DNA from: a virus
IMG/VR virus record: IMGVR_UViG_3300013127_000002
Span: 1 to 64,000 of that record
DNA length: 64,000 nt
Direction: 5' to 3' (one strand)
Position numbers and translations under genes: made by a program. Positions 43,981-54,449 of the stretch are shown here, piece after piece. Under the pieces are notes generated by a model, which saw nothing but the letters and a program-made list of their open reading frames with translations, did not search any database and had not been told where the DNA came from. Each line of letters begins with the position of its first letter. The stretch's first letter is position 1.

Positions 43981-46900
43981 TGCCGTACGACGATACTACT
44001 ACGAACTCAATGCAGGTTAGTCTGGGTCTGACTCCGGGATGGACACCGCCTCAGCCGATGTTCGTTCCCCCCGCGATGGCGGCGCAACAGCTTCAGAATC
44101 AGGCCAGCCAGCAGTTGGCGGCGGGGACGGCGATGACGCGTCTTCCGTCTGCGGCCCCGGTTGGGCTGTTCAACCAGCAGTTCCAGCAGCAGTTCCAGGG
44201 CATCCAGGCCCAGCAGTCCTACAACCCGTACATGGCGCAGGCCCTGTCGGGGAACATGCTCGGTGCGGGAATGGGGGCTATGGGAGGGTACTCTCCCGGG
44301 ATGTTGCCCTCTCCTCTCATGATGACGCCACCGTCTACCGGAGCCTTCCGGCCCATGCCGCAGTTGTCGATGTCCCCGATCCCGCCCCAGCAGGTAGCAC
44401 CTATCATGCCAGGGCCGTTTGTACCCCGGCTTCCGCAGCCGATGTTCCAGACGGCGTGGGACCGGGAGCTTCAACAGCGAGACTTCCGGGAGGATAAACT
44501 CTATTCCATGGCCTCCCAGGCACCCAGAGGCATGGGCATGGCCGCGGGGTTTGGTGCTGGAGCCGCGGCCGGCGCCGCGGTAGGTGGGATGTTCGGCGGG
44601 GTTGGTCGGGTAGTAGGGGCGTTAGGTGGAGGTGCCCTCGCAGGGATCAGCGGTTTTGCAGGGTCTGCGGGGGAGATGGCGATGTCCCCGATGCGGCCGT
44701 CCCTCGATGTTCACGAGATGGGCGCGTCTCTACAGAGGATGTCCCAGCAGTGGATGCTGACCGGGCCGCAGATGCATCAGCAAGGTGCGGGATTCTCCCG
44801 GTTGTCGTCGTTGCATCTGGCAGACCAGATTCGCACGATGTCCACGGAACGCGGGTTCAAGGCGGAGACGGGTGAGGCGTTCAATCGCGAAGACTTGATG
44901 AAGATCACCGAGCAGTCCGGGCGGGCCGGGCTCATGGACATGGAGCAGGGCACCGAGGCGGTGCGTAACAATCTTCGTCAGGTGAGCCGGGTTATCCGTC
45001 GTTTCATGCAGCTGACTGGGGATCCGGATGTCGTAAGTGTCATCCGGGAGATGGGACAGATGCGTGCGTTCGGCATGTCCGTTAACGACATGGAGCGTGC
45101 AGCACAGAACATGAAGTCGTATGCTCGGGCGGCGGGTGTTTCGGTTCAGGGACTTCAGCAGATGGGTGGCGTGCCGGGTGCGATGACGTACACACAGGTG
45201 GGGCTGTCGGCCGCGTCCGGGATGGAGATGGGAAATTACGCGTTTGCGGCAGCACGACAAGCAGTAGCTACCGGCACGTACAACCCGAGAGAGCTGGCGA
45301 TGATGGGCGGGGTCTCGGGTATCGCGCAGAGAAACGTGCAGGCGCAGGCGGCGCTCACGTCCATGCCTCTCTTCGGCGCTGCGGTCGGCGGGTACGGGCA
45401 GGGCGGCTGGGGAGTCAACTACGGGCAGCTTGCCCAGGTGGCCCGAGGAGGACAAGGCGGTCTCGGAGCGACCGGGATGGTCATGGGCGCGGTGCAGAAC
45501 ATCGGGCAGGCAGTCGCACAGGGAGGTATCGGAGCCCTGGCGGAGTTTCCGATCAGACAGCGTTTCCTCCAGGAGCAGGCGGCCCAGTCCATGCATCCTG
45601 CTCAGCAGATGGCCATGCGGTTCAAGATGGCCATGCAGACGGGTCAGACTCTCGGTTTACAAGGTAAAGCTGCTTTCACGACCGGGGCCCGGGCGCTGTA
45701 CGGGGATGAAGTTGCCGAGCAGATGTTCATGGAAGCTCGCAACCCGCAGGCGTTCCGGGAGCAGGCGGCTATGCTCCGGAGAGAGAACCAGGAGATTGCC
45801 CGGGAACAACGCGCTTCGGTCATGTCGAACGCTCCGGGGTTTGCGGATACTCTTGGACGCCGACTGGGGATCTCTACGTCTACCCGTGGAGTCTTTACTG
45901 GTGGTGGGTCTATCGGCAATGCGTTGAGCGATTTGGGTACGTCCTTCTCGCACAACGCACTCTTCCACTATTTTGAAGATGTAGAGGCTCGCAAGAACGG
46001 TGAGCGCATCAATCGAGTGTCCGCCTTGGCGGGTATCGAGACAGAGGCACAACGCCGGAATGTAGTCAAAGCCGTCCGCGGCGGACTGTTGCAGGGTAGT
46101 ACCGTAAAGAGGATGGCCGCGGGGGCACGAGGTGCAGAAGCCGAGATCGGGATGGCGCAGGCTGGTGATGTACTCTCGCTGGCGAATGCCCAGCTGGGTG
46201 ACCTCATGGCAGACCAACAGACTGGTGCCAGAATGGCCAGTGCGGTAGCGGGAGTGGCGGCTTTCATTCCTATTCCTCCGCTGAGTGCTGCCATGGCCGG
46301 GATGTCTGCCGCGATGGGTGTTATGGGTCAAGAGGGCATGACCGCCAAGGCGTACATGGAGGCTACGGGAGGTACCGAGAATTATCTTCCTAGGACTCTA
46401 CAGGAAGCAGAACAGCGTAATTTTGTTATCACAGCTTCTCGTAATGTGACGACCGAAGGTATCCGCGGGATGGCTTCCGCTGTAGGTAAGAGGTTTGGTG
46501 TCGGGGAAGACAAAATGGTGTTGTCCATGGGGACGGCTGCGTCGGAGCTCGCGAAGCTGGCGAGAGGTAAAGTGGCGCTGGTTGGCCAAGACAAAAACCT
46601 ATCCATGAAGGACGTTACGTCCGCGATATTCAAGGGGCTGACCTCTACAGGCATGTCGGCAAGTCAAGCAACCGAGATGATCAAGGGGATGAGCAGAGAG
46701 CAGCTGGCGCAGTACACGGGTACGGTCATGCGTGACGCGCAGGCTCAAGGAGGAACGGAGACAGCCGCTATTTTCCAAAGGTTCAAAGATCAAGCAGGGC
46801 TTCTTACGGGAGGGGGTGTAACCGGAAAGAAACTCGAAGAAGATCTGGCAGCGCGTGCCGCGGGATATGAGCGCATGGCGGGTTGGGGTGAAGAGGGAGA

Positions 46901-47672
46901 TGTCGGCGCCATGACTATACGCGGTAAAGCGCGTGAGTACTCTACAGAGGAGTTCCTGGGACTGGCGTACGCGGCGGCGGAGTCGGACGAGCGTCGGGAA
47001 GAGATTGTGAAGCTGGCCAAGGAATCCGGAGTCAAGGACATCACAGGATTCACCGAGGCAGGAAAAGCACGATTCCGCGGCCTGGGAACACAAGAAGCCA
47101 AAGAAGCGATGACGGCGCTTGTTAAGGGGAATACTGCGGAGCAGCTTGCGGGGTTCAGCAAGACCAAGCTGCGAGAAGCCGGATTTGGGTCCTTCAAGTT
47201 GGGCGCGAGGAAACTTGGAAAGTCGTTGGGTATCGCAGGACTCGGAGGAGAGACCGGAGACTTCCAATCTGTATTTGCCGAGCTTGCTACGACCTCTAAT
47301 ATCTCGAAGTTGAGCAAGAGTGAAGCAACCAAGGATCTTGCGGGTCTTCTGGACAAGTACCGAACAGCTACTGGAACGGCAAAAGACAATCTGGAAGCAC
47401 AACTCCAAGGTGCGCTTTCCGAGATGGGGAGTCAGGACTTCAAGCCGGGAGATACCTTGGAGTCCTTGTCGGAGGCGGAAGGAACCGCGGCAGACCAGAA
47501 CAGGACGGCGGCAGACTCGCTTGAAGGTCTTGCGGAAACACTGGAAGATGTTGGTTTTGACGACTTCAAAGCCGGGGCCGTGGACTTCTTGGAGGGGGCG
47601 AAGAAGTTGAAAGAAGCCATGGAAACTGAGACAATGAGTAGGGTTCTCGATGAGGTCAAAGAAAAAGAATGA
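43980..47672 (+). CDS. Tape measure protein
   Basis: 1230 aa, Ala/Gly/Met-rich helical, Gly-rich TM-like segments, follows chaperones. Confidence 0.75.
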   Translation: MPYDDTTTNSMQVSLGLTPGWTPPQPMFVPPAMAAQQLQNQASQQLAAGTAMTRLPSAAPVGLFNQQFQQQFQGIQAQQSYNPYMAQALSGNMLGAGMGAMGGYSPGMLPSPLMMTPPSTGAFRPMPQLSMSPIPPQQVAPIMPGPFVPRLPQPMFQTAWDRELQQRDFREDKLYSMASQAPRGMGMAAGFGAGAAAGAAVGGMFGGVGRVVGALGGGALAGISGFAGSAGEMAMSPMRPSLDVHEMGASLQRMSQQWMLTGPQMHQQGAGFSRLSSLHLADQIRTMSTERGFKAETGEAFNREDLMKITEQSGRAGLMDMEQGTEAVRNNLRQVSRVIRRFMQLTGDPDVVSVIREMGQMRAFGMSVNDMERAAQNMKSYARAAGVSVQGLQQMGGVPGAMTYTQVGLSAASGMEMGNYAFAAARQAVATGTYNPRELAMMGGVSGIAQRNVQAQAALTSMPLFGAAVGGYGQGGWGVNYGQLAQVARGGQGGLGATGMVMGAVQNIGQAVAQGGIGALAEFPIRQRFLQEQAAQSMHPAQQMAMRFKMAMQTGQTLGLQGKAAFTTGARALYGDEVAEQMFMEARNPQAFREQAAMLRRENQEIAREQRASVMSNAPGFADTLGRRLGISTSTRGVFTGGGSIGNALSDLGTSFSHNALFHYFEDVEARKNGERINRVSALAGIETEAQRRNVVKAVRGGLLQGSTVKRMAAGARGAEAEIGMAQAGDVLSLANAQLGDLMADQQTGARMASAVAGVAAFIPIPPLSAAMAGMSAAMGVMGQEGMTAKAYMEATGGTENYLPRTLQEAEQRNFVITASRNVTTEGIRGMASAVGKRFGVGEDKMVLSMGTAASELAKLARGKVALVGQDKNLSMKDVTSAIFKGLTSTGMSASQATEMIKGMSREQLAQYTGTVMRDAQAQGGTETAAIFQRFKDQAGLLTGGGVTGKKLEEDLAARAAGYERMAGWGEEGDVGAMTIRGKAREYSTEEFLGLAYAAAESDERREEIVKLAKESGVKDITGFTEAGKARFRGLGTQEAKEAMTALVKGNTAEQLAGFSKTKLREAGFGSFKLGARKLGKSLGIAGLGGETGDFQSVFAELATTSNISKLSKSEATKDLAGLLDKYRTATGTAKDNLEAQLQGALSEMGSQDFKPGDTLESLSEAEGTAADQNRTAADSLEGLAETLEDVGFDDFKAGAVDFLEGAKKLKEAMETETMSRVLDEVKEKE

Positions 47673-47893
47673 CGAATCTCAATCCACGTGTACGTAGAAT
47701 CCCACCCCGGGCAGAGAGCCTGGTGAGGTACATCAATGACGTGATCGTGCACAATCTCCGTGTGGGAAGTGACGAGGACATCATCATCAACCTTCCTGCG
47801 ACGGTCTCTTTGGCGTACATGGTGACGTACGAGACCGGAACTATTGCGGTTCAAGAGTTTGGAAACGACGTTGTTTTTGTGCCTGCGCAGTAG
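47669..47893 (+). CDS. Hypothetical protein
   Basis: ATGA coupling. Confidence 0.55.
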   Translation: MTNLNPRVRRIPPRAESLVRYINDVIVHNLRVGSDEDIIINLPATVSLAYMVTYETGTIAVQEFGNDVVFVPAQ

Positions 47894-47901
47894 AGGAGCT
47901 G

Positions 47902-48984
47902 ATGGCCGACCAACCTAAATCCTGGCAGTTTCTCGGCCCGTTTGGGGCGGATGTTTACGAGAATATTCACAAGCAGGCCGCCCTTGTAAAACCGTCTGGC
48001 GGGGATGAGCTGCTCAATAATTCTGTTTATGCCAGTAAGTACGGTGTACGTTCCCGGTTTCCGAGAAGCACCCCCAAGTACGCCAGGTACAACAGAGTGC
48101 GCCATCACGAGTTTCTTGAGACCACGGCGAGGATGTACATCCGGGCAAATAGCGCGAGTCCAAAATATATAACGAAACTCGTGAACGATATGGGTTCAGA
48201 CCAGCACATCAAGGCGATTGCGCGGGTACTGGTCGGGGGACAGCAAACTGACGACAAGGGGATTATAACGAATGCATCTCCGGTTGGGGGGAGTGGGTAC
48301 ATCGATTTCTTGTTGCAACAAGCGGCCCACTCTTTCAATGAGAAGGTGCAGGTGATCGAGACCCTGTCCGACAATTACGTCGCGTTCTTCTTTGGGCAGT
48401 CTGCGCCGATCTTTCAGTATAGCGGTACGTTGATGAACACGTACCAGGATGACTGGATGATCAACATGCTGCGGCTGTACCGGGAGATCGCGCGAGGATC
48501 CCAGCTTGCTCGACGCGGGCTCATGTTCTACCTCAAGTACGACTCTATGATCATCTCTGGCTCGTTGCTGAACCTCAACTTTACGTTGTCCGGGGATACT
48601 GAAATTGCTGTGCCGTTCGGGTTCAATTTCCTCGTGCGAAAGATACACATCATTTACGGAGGTCTTGAGCCTGCTACGGACTTCACGCTGGACAATACGA
48701 TAGACATTGTGAATTCCCAGTCATTCTTTCCTTCAGGATATGCTCCCAATGAGAGTGGGAGGGCAGCAGTGCAGGGGAAGATCAACGACAGTCTGGAATT
48801 GGACAGCACGTATGGGGCCAGTACTACGAATGCGGTTTCATCGGCCTCCCTCAACAAGCCTAAGAATGCGGAAGGGACGCCGGTTGATATCAAGGCGGAC
48901 GGAGACCCCACACCTGCGGTTAAGGTTGAAGATTACGGCGTACAAAAAGCCTACGATGACGCGGGGGCGGTGGGTTTAGGTTGA
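47902..48984 (+). CDS. Putative tail tube-initiator / baseplate hub-associated protein
   Basis: Follows TMP; EKVQ..ET...FFG..AP.FQYSG.L beta pattern. Confidence 0.55.
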   Translation: MADQPKSWQFLGPFGADVYENIHKQAALVKPSGGDELLNNSVYASKYGVRSRFPRSTPKYARYNRVRHHEFLETTARMYIRANSASPKYITKLVNDMGSDQHIKAIARVLVGGQQTDDKGIITNASPVGGSGYIDFLLQQAAHSFNEKVQVIETLSDNYVAFFFGQSAPIFQYSGTLMNTYQDDWMINMLRLYREIARGSQLARRGLMFYLKYDSMIISGSLLNLNFTLSGDTEIAVPFGFNFLVRKIHIIYGGLEPATDFTLDNTIDIVNSQSFFPSGYAPNESGRAAVQGKINDSLELDSTYGASTTNAVSSASLNKPKNAEGTPVDIKADGDPTPAVKVEDYGVQKAYDDAGAVGLG

Positions 48985-48997
48985 CGAGGAGGACCGG

Positions 48998-51682
48998 ATG
49001 AGTGCAGTTTTCAGAATCAGCCAAGGTGTGCCGTTCCCGCTGTACGGACGGTCACGTGATGATATCCAGCCGTTCTCGCTTGGTGGGATTGTTACCCTGG
49101 ATGCCGCGGACCTGACGCATTTCAGCTATGCCTGGGACATTCTCGGTAAGCCGATCGACGGACTTTCTCCTGTTCTCGTTCCCGCAGGGCCGATTTGCCA
49201 ACTCCAGGCGGAAGAGCGGGGTGGGTATCTCGTGCGTCTGACGGTAGACGCCGGGCTCCCGACCGAGGATGTCTCTATTCTCTATCTTGGTCTCCCGCTG
49301 GCGAATAGTGGCCTACCCCTTCCCGCGGTGTACGAGACCAACTTCGATAACATCCCTCCTCCGAACGACGGGAGTCAGGGTTGGTGGTACAAAGTCGAGC
49401 GGTGGATGAAGTGGGTTGACGCTGCTGTAGGCGCGGGTTTGGGAGATCTTCCTCAGACGCAAACCGTGTATGTGGACGGCGGTCGTACAGACGTTTACGT
49501 AGAGACAGGAACGTTTGCGTTCCCGTACAAGACCATTCAACCTGCCATACTGCTGGCACAGACTCTTGCGGACGCTGTTGGTGGTGAAGCGTGTGTTCAT
49601 ATTCGTCCGTGGTTATACACAGAGGCGGATGTTCTTCTTCCCGCCAACGTACATATTGACGGGGAGATGGGCGCGGAGTTGCGTCCGGGAGTTAATGGCA
49701 ACGGGTTCATTGTTGTGCCCGGGGCGTTTACTGCGGCGCTGGGTGTAACATTCATTCGGGGCTTCAATGTGGCTGGGCGGGGTCTAGGCAATTACGGGTT
49801 GAAGATCACAGATGGGGGAGCGCCGCCTCCTCCGCATGGATTGCCCACAGTTGCGCATCTTGACGGAGGTATAGGGGCCTACGACCAGGCGTGTCCAGTA
49901 CTCGTAGAGGCAGGAGCGTTTTACGTTACTGACGCGGGGGGCACTTATGGGGATAATACTAATCCCTACGGCGTAGTAGTTCAGCCCGGCGGTTTTGCCC
50001 CACCATTTGGGGCTTTCGCTATGGTGGGAAAGTGGAACATTGGGGCCTGTCTAAGTCCCTTCAAGGTTGGTCCCAATGGGGCGGTAATATCTTCCGGGAC
50101 GAGTCTTACTGATGACGGATCGAGTCCGTTAATCTCCTATATCGAAATCGACGGAGGACTTGCTCCGGACATGGCTCTGTTTATAGGACAGAACCTGCGG
50201 CTACAGGGCAGTGCTCTGTCCATGGTTCGTGGTATTCGCAATTCAGTAGTAACACTCAATTCTTCGGAAGGTGGAATGGCGTTCTTCGGGGGTTTCCAGG
50301 GAGACATCTTCGATTTTTCGGGCAATGTCCTGAACCTGGCGGGAGGTGTATACCGTACTACAGAGGGTCACGGCCTTGTTTTGGATGGAACAGTGAATCC
50401 CGTACACTGTGAGTGTCGCGATACGGATATCACTGCGGACAAGTATTCTGATCCACTCAACTCCCAGGTTTTGTGGACGCGAGGAGTGGTTACGCTCCAG
50501 ACGTTCGATACACGCTTCCGGGCGGACCAGCAAGTTGACGGGCGTGTGATTTCTAGGTTTGATCATATTGGAAATGATGTACAGATCAATGGCGGCATGG
50601 TTGAGGGCGGGAGTACCGGGGGAGGACCTCCAGCAACAGTTATTGGTATTCTTAGTGGCGGGGTGTGGCTGACGGGTGGTTGTGATGTTGGTACTTACCA
50701 GCCTAATGATATCGCTATAAACGTAGCTCCCGGGGCGACACTATTTCGGGGACACTCCAATGCTCGTGCCGGGCAAATAGTGATTGCGGGTAGTGAGGTT
50801 CCGCTCACATCCACAATGGCCAATCTTGTTTTAGGTAAGTTTGATGCCCGCACCAAGTGGACGTCTCGCGCTACTCTTGCAGAGGTAGCCGCAGAACCTT
50901 TCGAATATGAGCACGGATCCATTGTTGTAGTTACTGGAGGCGCCAAGCCCCTGGTCTATATCAACTACGGTACCAACGCCGTTCGCGATTGGCGGCTGCT
51001 TGGGAGTGACTATGTCCGGGCACAGATGGAGGCGTGTGGGGTTGTCGATATCTCTACGGGGTTTCCTATAGTAATGCCTATACCGTTTACGGTTACGACC
51101 TATCTAGATACTCCTCCTTACGCATTTCTCCCAGGAGGGATATTCCGGTTAGATGAGGACGGGGATTATCGTCTGTCCTATAACTTGCCGTTCAAGACCG
51201 ATTCAGGATTTCTTGCCGGAACATCAGTAGGGGCTCGTTGGGAATACAGTTTGGATTCCGGGGCCAGTTGGAGTGCGATTACTCAGACGACCACTTTCGA
51301 TACCGTGCACGGGGATAGTCATGATAGTGGTTCTTTGAGTCTCCCTCCGTATGAGGTTTTCTTGTCATCCCGGATGTGGTTACGTGTGGTGGGGTTCCAT
51401 ACTATACCCACGGGCGTAATTGCTCCGTCGTTGGTAAACCATAACACCTCAGGAATAACGCCGCCCGCAGACCCAGACCCCAAGAACTGGGCATGGGCCA
51501 GAATCGAGCGGGGATCAGTAGGTGGGAGTGGAGGAGGGGCTCGCCCAGCGTTCGTCACTGCGGTTGGGAACCCGAATGTTTTGTTGATTCCAGGTGTTGC
51601 GGGAGATTTCTATCGTGATTCTTTTGCCGATATTCTTTATATTTGTCAGGCTAGTGGGACAGGAAATTGGCGTGTTCTTTAG
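48998..51682 (+). CDS. Tail fibre/spike-like protein (Ig-like N-terminus, beta-helix-like middle)
   Basis: V.VD...G....PYKTIQ.A motif; Gly-rich beta repeats. Confidence 0.65.
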   Translation: MSAVFRISQGVPFPLYGRSRDDIQPFSLGGIVTLDAADLTHFSYAWDILGKPIDGLSPVLVPAGPICQLQAEERGGYLVRLTVDAGLPTEDVSILYLGLPLANSGLPLPAVYETNFDNIPPPNDGSQGWWYKVERWMKWVDAAVGAGLGDLPQTQTVYVDGGRTDVYVETGTFAFPYKTIQPAILLAQTLADAVGGEACVHIRPWLYTEADVLLPANVHIDGEMGAELRPGVNGNGFIVVPGAFTAALGVTFIRGFNVAGRGLGNYGLKITDGGAPPPPHGLPTVAHLDGGIGAYDQACPVLVEAGAFYVTDAGGTYGDNTNPYGVVVQPGGFAPPFGAFAMVGKWNIGACLSPFKVGPNGAVISSGTSLTDDGSSPLISYIEIDGGLAPDMALFIGQNLRLQGSALSMVRGIRNSVVTLNSSEGGMAFFGGFQGDIFDFSGNVLNLAGGVYRTTEGHGLVLDGTVNPVHCECRDTDITADKYSDPLNSQVLWTRGVVTLQTFDTRFRADQQVDGRVISRFDHIGNDVQINGGMVEGGSTGGGPPATVIGILSGGVWLTGGCDVGTYQPNDIAINVAPGATLFRGHSNARAGQIVIAGSEVPLTSTMANLVLGKFDARTKWTSRATLAEVAAEPFEYEHGSIVVVTGGAKPLVYINYGTNAVRDWRLLGSDYVRAQMEACGVVDISTGFPIVMPIPFTVTTYLDTPPYAFLPGGIFRLDEDGDYRLSYNLPFKTDSGFLAGTSVGARWEYSLDSGASWSAITQTTTFDTVHGDSHDSGSLSLPPYEVFLSSRMWLRVVGFHTIPTGVIAPSLVNHNTSGITPPADPDPKNWAWARIERGSVGGSGGGARPAFVTAVGNPNVLLIPGVAGDFYRDSFADILYICQASGTGNWRVL

Positions 51683-51776
51683 TTCTTTAGTGCGGTGATT
51701 CTTTGCAGTATAATTTACGGAGTAAACCAAGATTTCGGGGACGTTGAACGTCCTCGTTCGATAAAGGAGCAGGTCC

Positions 51777-54098
51777 ATGGGATTCCCGAATCAAACACCT
51801 TGGAGGCAACACAACTTCATTGGTGAATTTGCGAACTCTGGTTCGGACGCTGAGGCGATAGCGTGGCTTACGACAGTAGGATGGACCGCGGGTGCCGGTC
51901 TCCTTTACTGGGACACCACTAACGGACAGTTCCGTATCCGCAAGTCTTCGGGATGGGACACGCTGGAGACAGGAACGCCAGCTACGCCTACCCTGGCAGC
52001 GGTGCTGGCTGCGGGCAATTCTGCTGGTACTTACACCATCGACATGAACAGTCACAAGATCACCGGACTGTCTACGCCTAGCGACCCGAGCGATGCTGTT
52101 AACAAAAGCTATGTAGACGGGTTAGTTCAAGGTATCGATTGGCAAGAGTCCGTTCTTGGAGAGGAGTCTACACCTCCTGGTACTCCCGGTACTGGAGATC
52201 GTTATCTTGTCGTAGCTACGGCTACTGGAGACTGGGCGGGACATGAGGATGACATTGCCGAGTATAACGGAGCAAGCTGGGACTTCACATCTCCCAATGA
52301 CGGCATGGCCGCCTGGATTGAAGATGACGATAAGCTCAAGGTTTACAATGGTACATCGTGGGTAACGTTCGGTTCGACTGTTGACCACACTACTCTCAGC
52401 AGCCTGAACTCGGTCAGTTACTACCACCTAACGCAGGCCGAATACAACTCGGTAACGGGCCACCTTTCGTCCACTAGCAATCCACACAGTACCACGCTTG
52501 ATCAGGCTTATACGGCGGGCCAGTCGATAGACGTAGACACGGCCGATCTGTCCGTAGGGTTTACCGGAGCGTACTCCTTCTTAGTCAACCTCGGAGGGAT
52601 TACGGGTGACGCGGACGGCTTCTTTATTGAAGATTCGTCGGGAAAGTATTTCCGTATTACCAAAAACAACACGGATGCGACGCTTGATTGGACGGTGGAC
52701 GTAGGCGGGGTCAATATCTATGGCGGTTCGAGTATGGTCTTTGAGACCGCCCCCGGTTCGGGTATCAGTATTTCGGCCGGAAAGGGACTTACGCTTGCAG
52801 CCACCACTAGTGCCATGCTGCGCGGCGTAGTCGCAACTCTGCGGAGCGAGAATACGGGAACCGGATCGGCAGAAACAAATATTCAAGCAGAGGCGCTAGG
52901 TGGGGCTGCGGGGGATGACGCCACTATTGAAATAAACGCCATTGCGGCGGGGTCCGGTGTCAGTACTCTATATATTGGTCGGGATGCTGCTCTAACAGCC
53001 ATTGCCGATGCTGTGTATATAGGCGACGCAAGTGGTTTTATCCAGATAGGTCATGGAGGATCATCTGACGCGCAGGGTGTTGCGATCTACGGTGGTTCCG
53101 GTGGGTTGGCGCTCCATAACAAGAATGGTGATACCCATGTCGTAGCGTCTGATGACGTTACAGTTACTGCGGGTGTCGGTCTCACACTGGAAATCAACGT
53201 TGACGATACTGCGACACATACGATAACCATCAGCGCAGAGAACGCAAACGTAGCAGGCAAAGCTTACATAGATATCTATTCTGATGACGAGGCCAAGCTC
53301 CGATCTACTGCCGGGACCGTAATAGTCAGTGCCTATGGGGATCTGTTCCTCCAGACCAGTAATGGAGACATGGTTCTCTCGGATCAGTTCAAGGCAGGGT
53401 CAACTTATGTTGGTGAGCTGCATCTGTCCAATTCCAGCGCGGAGTGGTCGCTGTTCGAGACTAATTTCGGCGAGGTGTCGATCCTCAACGCGATCAATCA
53501 GGCATACGCTTCTGCGGGCGGCGTGAATCTGGATGGCGCCTACAACAACTTCGGGGCGGCGGCTGCGGTAGTGGTCATCGACCGGGCGCAGAGCCAAACG
53601 ACAGAATTGGTCTGGCAACTTGAGGATGGCCGGAGCATGTTCGTGCGTGCCGGGGCGTCGGGGAATACTTGGGAATGGCGTGAGGCACGAACGTGGGGTA
53701 TGGATGTTTTCGGTGTCTTCGGCACCTTCAATTTGGATATCAGCTCGTTTGTCTTGGATGCTGATACAGGTATTTCGATCAAGACTACGGGAGGTGGTGG
53801 CGGTGCCATAGATCTAGACTCTGTAGGGTCGATGACTTTGAAAGATGTAAATCTTACAGCATCCATCTTCCTGTCAGAGTCGGGAGTAACTGGCCTCGCT
53901 GCGGGCTTCACCGCGACAAGCATTATCGGAGCCATCAACGAGCTGGAGACTGAAGCTGTAAAGGTGTCCTCCAACGCAGGTAATCCCAACAGCACAGTGA
54001 CCGGGAAGATCGGAGATCTTTGTTGGGATAGTACCAACTCGGTAATGTACTGCAAGAGCACCGCTACCGGGAATACCGGTTGGGTAGTCATCGGGTAG
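51777..54098 (+). CDS. Tail fibre protein with DUF2793-like domain
   Basis: DAVNK.YVD; TPP....GDRYLV....TG.WAG....IA.Y.G..W.F..P..G; Ser/Gly/Thr beta repeats. Confidence 0.75.
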   Translation: MGFPNQTPWRQHNFIGEFANSGSDAEAIAWLTTVGWTAGAGLLYWDTTNGQFRIRKSSGWDTLETGTPATPTLAAVLAAGNSAGTYTIDMNSHKITGLSTPSDPSDAVNKSYVDGLVQGIDWQESVLGEESTPPGTPGTGDRYLVVATATGDWAGHEDDIAEYNGASWDFTSPNDGMAAWIEDDDKLKVYNGTSWVTFGSTVDHTTLSSLNSVSYYHLTQAEYNSVTGHLSSTSNPHSTTLDQAYTAGQSIDVDTADLSVGFTGAYSFLVNLGGITGDADGFFIEDSSGKYFRITKNNTDATLDWTVDVGGVNIYGGSSMVFETAPGSGISISAGKGLTLAATTSAMLRGVVATLRSENTGTGSAETNIQAEALGGAAGDDATIEINAIAAGSGVSTLYIGRDAALTAIADAVYIGDASGFIQIGHGGSSDAQGVAIYGGSGGLALHNKNGDTHVVASDDVTVTAGVGLTLEINVDDTATHTITISAENANVAGKAYIDIYSDDEAKLRSTAGTVIVSAYGDLFLQTSNGDMVLSDQFKAGSTYVGELHLSNSSAEWSLFETNFGEVSILNAINQAYASAGGVNLDGAYNNFGAAAAVVVIDRAQSQTTELVWQLEDGRSMFVRAGASGNTWEWREARTWGMDVFGVFGTFNLDISSFVLDADTGISIKTTGGGGGAIDLDSVGSMTLKDVNLTASIFLSESGVTGLAAGFTATSIIGAINELETEAVKVSSNAGNPNSTVTGKIGDLCWDSTNSVMYCKSTATGNTGWVVIG

Positions 54099-54101
54099 TT
54101 C

Positions 54102-54449
54102 ATGCCTCTTACTCGACCATATGGTCAAGCGAATTATATGGGCGAGTGGCCTGTCGAGACGGGTGTCGGTAGCGTTCTGGAATTCATTCAAGCCAACAAG
54201 TGGGACTCTGTCGGGGATGGGACTGGAGATCCTCGTCCTGGCATGTACTACTACAATACGGCAACAGGAAAGTACCGATATGCCGACGCTACCGGCACCT
54301 GGATCAGTGAGCACGACGCATCTTTCCCAAGTGATGTTATCCAAGACGGAGACGTGCTTTTTGTGGAAGATGGACGACAGTATTTGGTATACGGAAAGCT
54401 AACGCTAGATGGTGAGTACCGAATAGACGGTACAGGGGTAGTGCTATAA
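54102..54449 (+). CDS. Virion structural protein, similar to N-terminus of the upstream fibre
   Basis: N(F/Y).GE...W...G..Y..T..G..R shared motif. Confidence 0.6.
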   Translation: MPLTRPYGQANYMGEWPVETGVGSVLEFIQANKWDSVGDGTGDPRPGMYYYNTATGKYRYADATGTWISEHDASFPSDVIQDGDVLFVEDGRQYLVYGKLTLDGEYRIDGTGVVL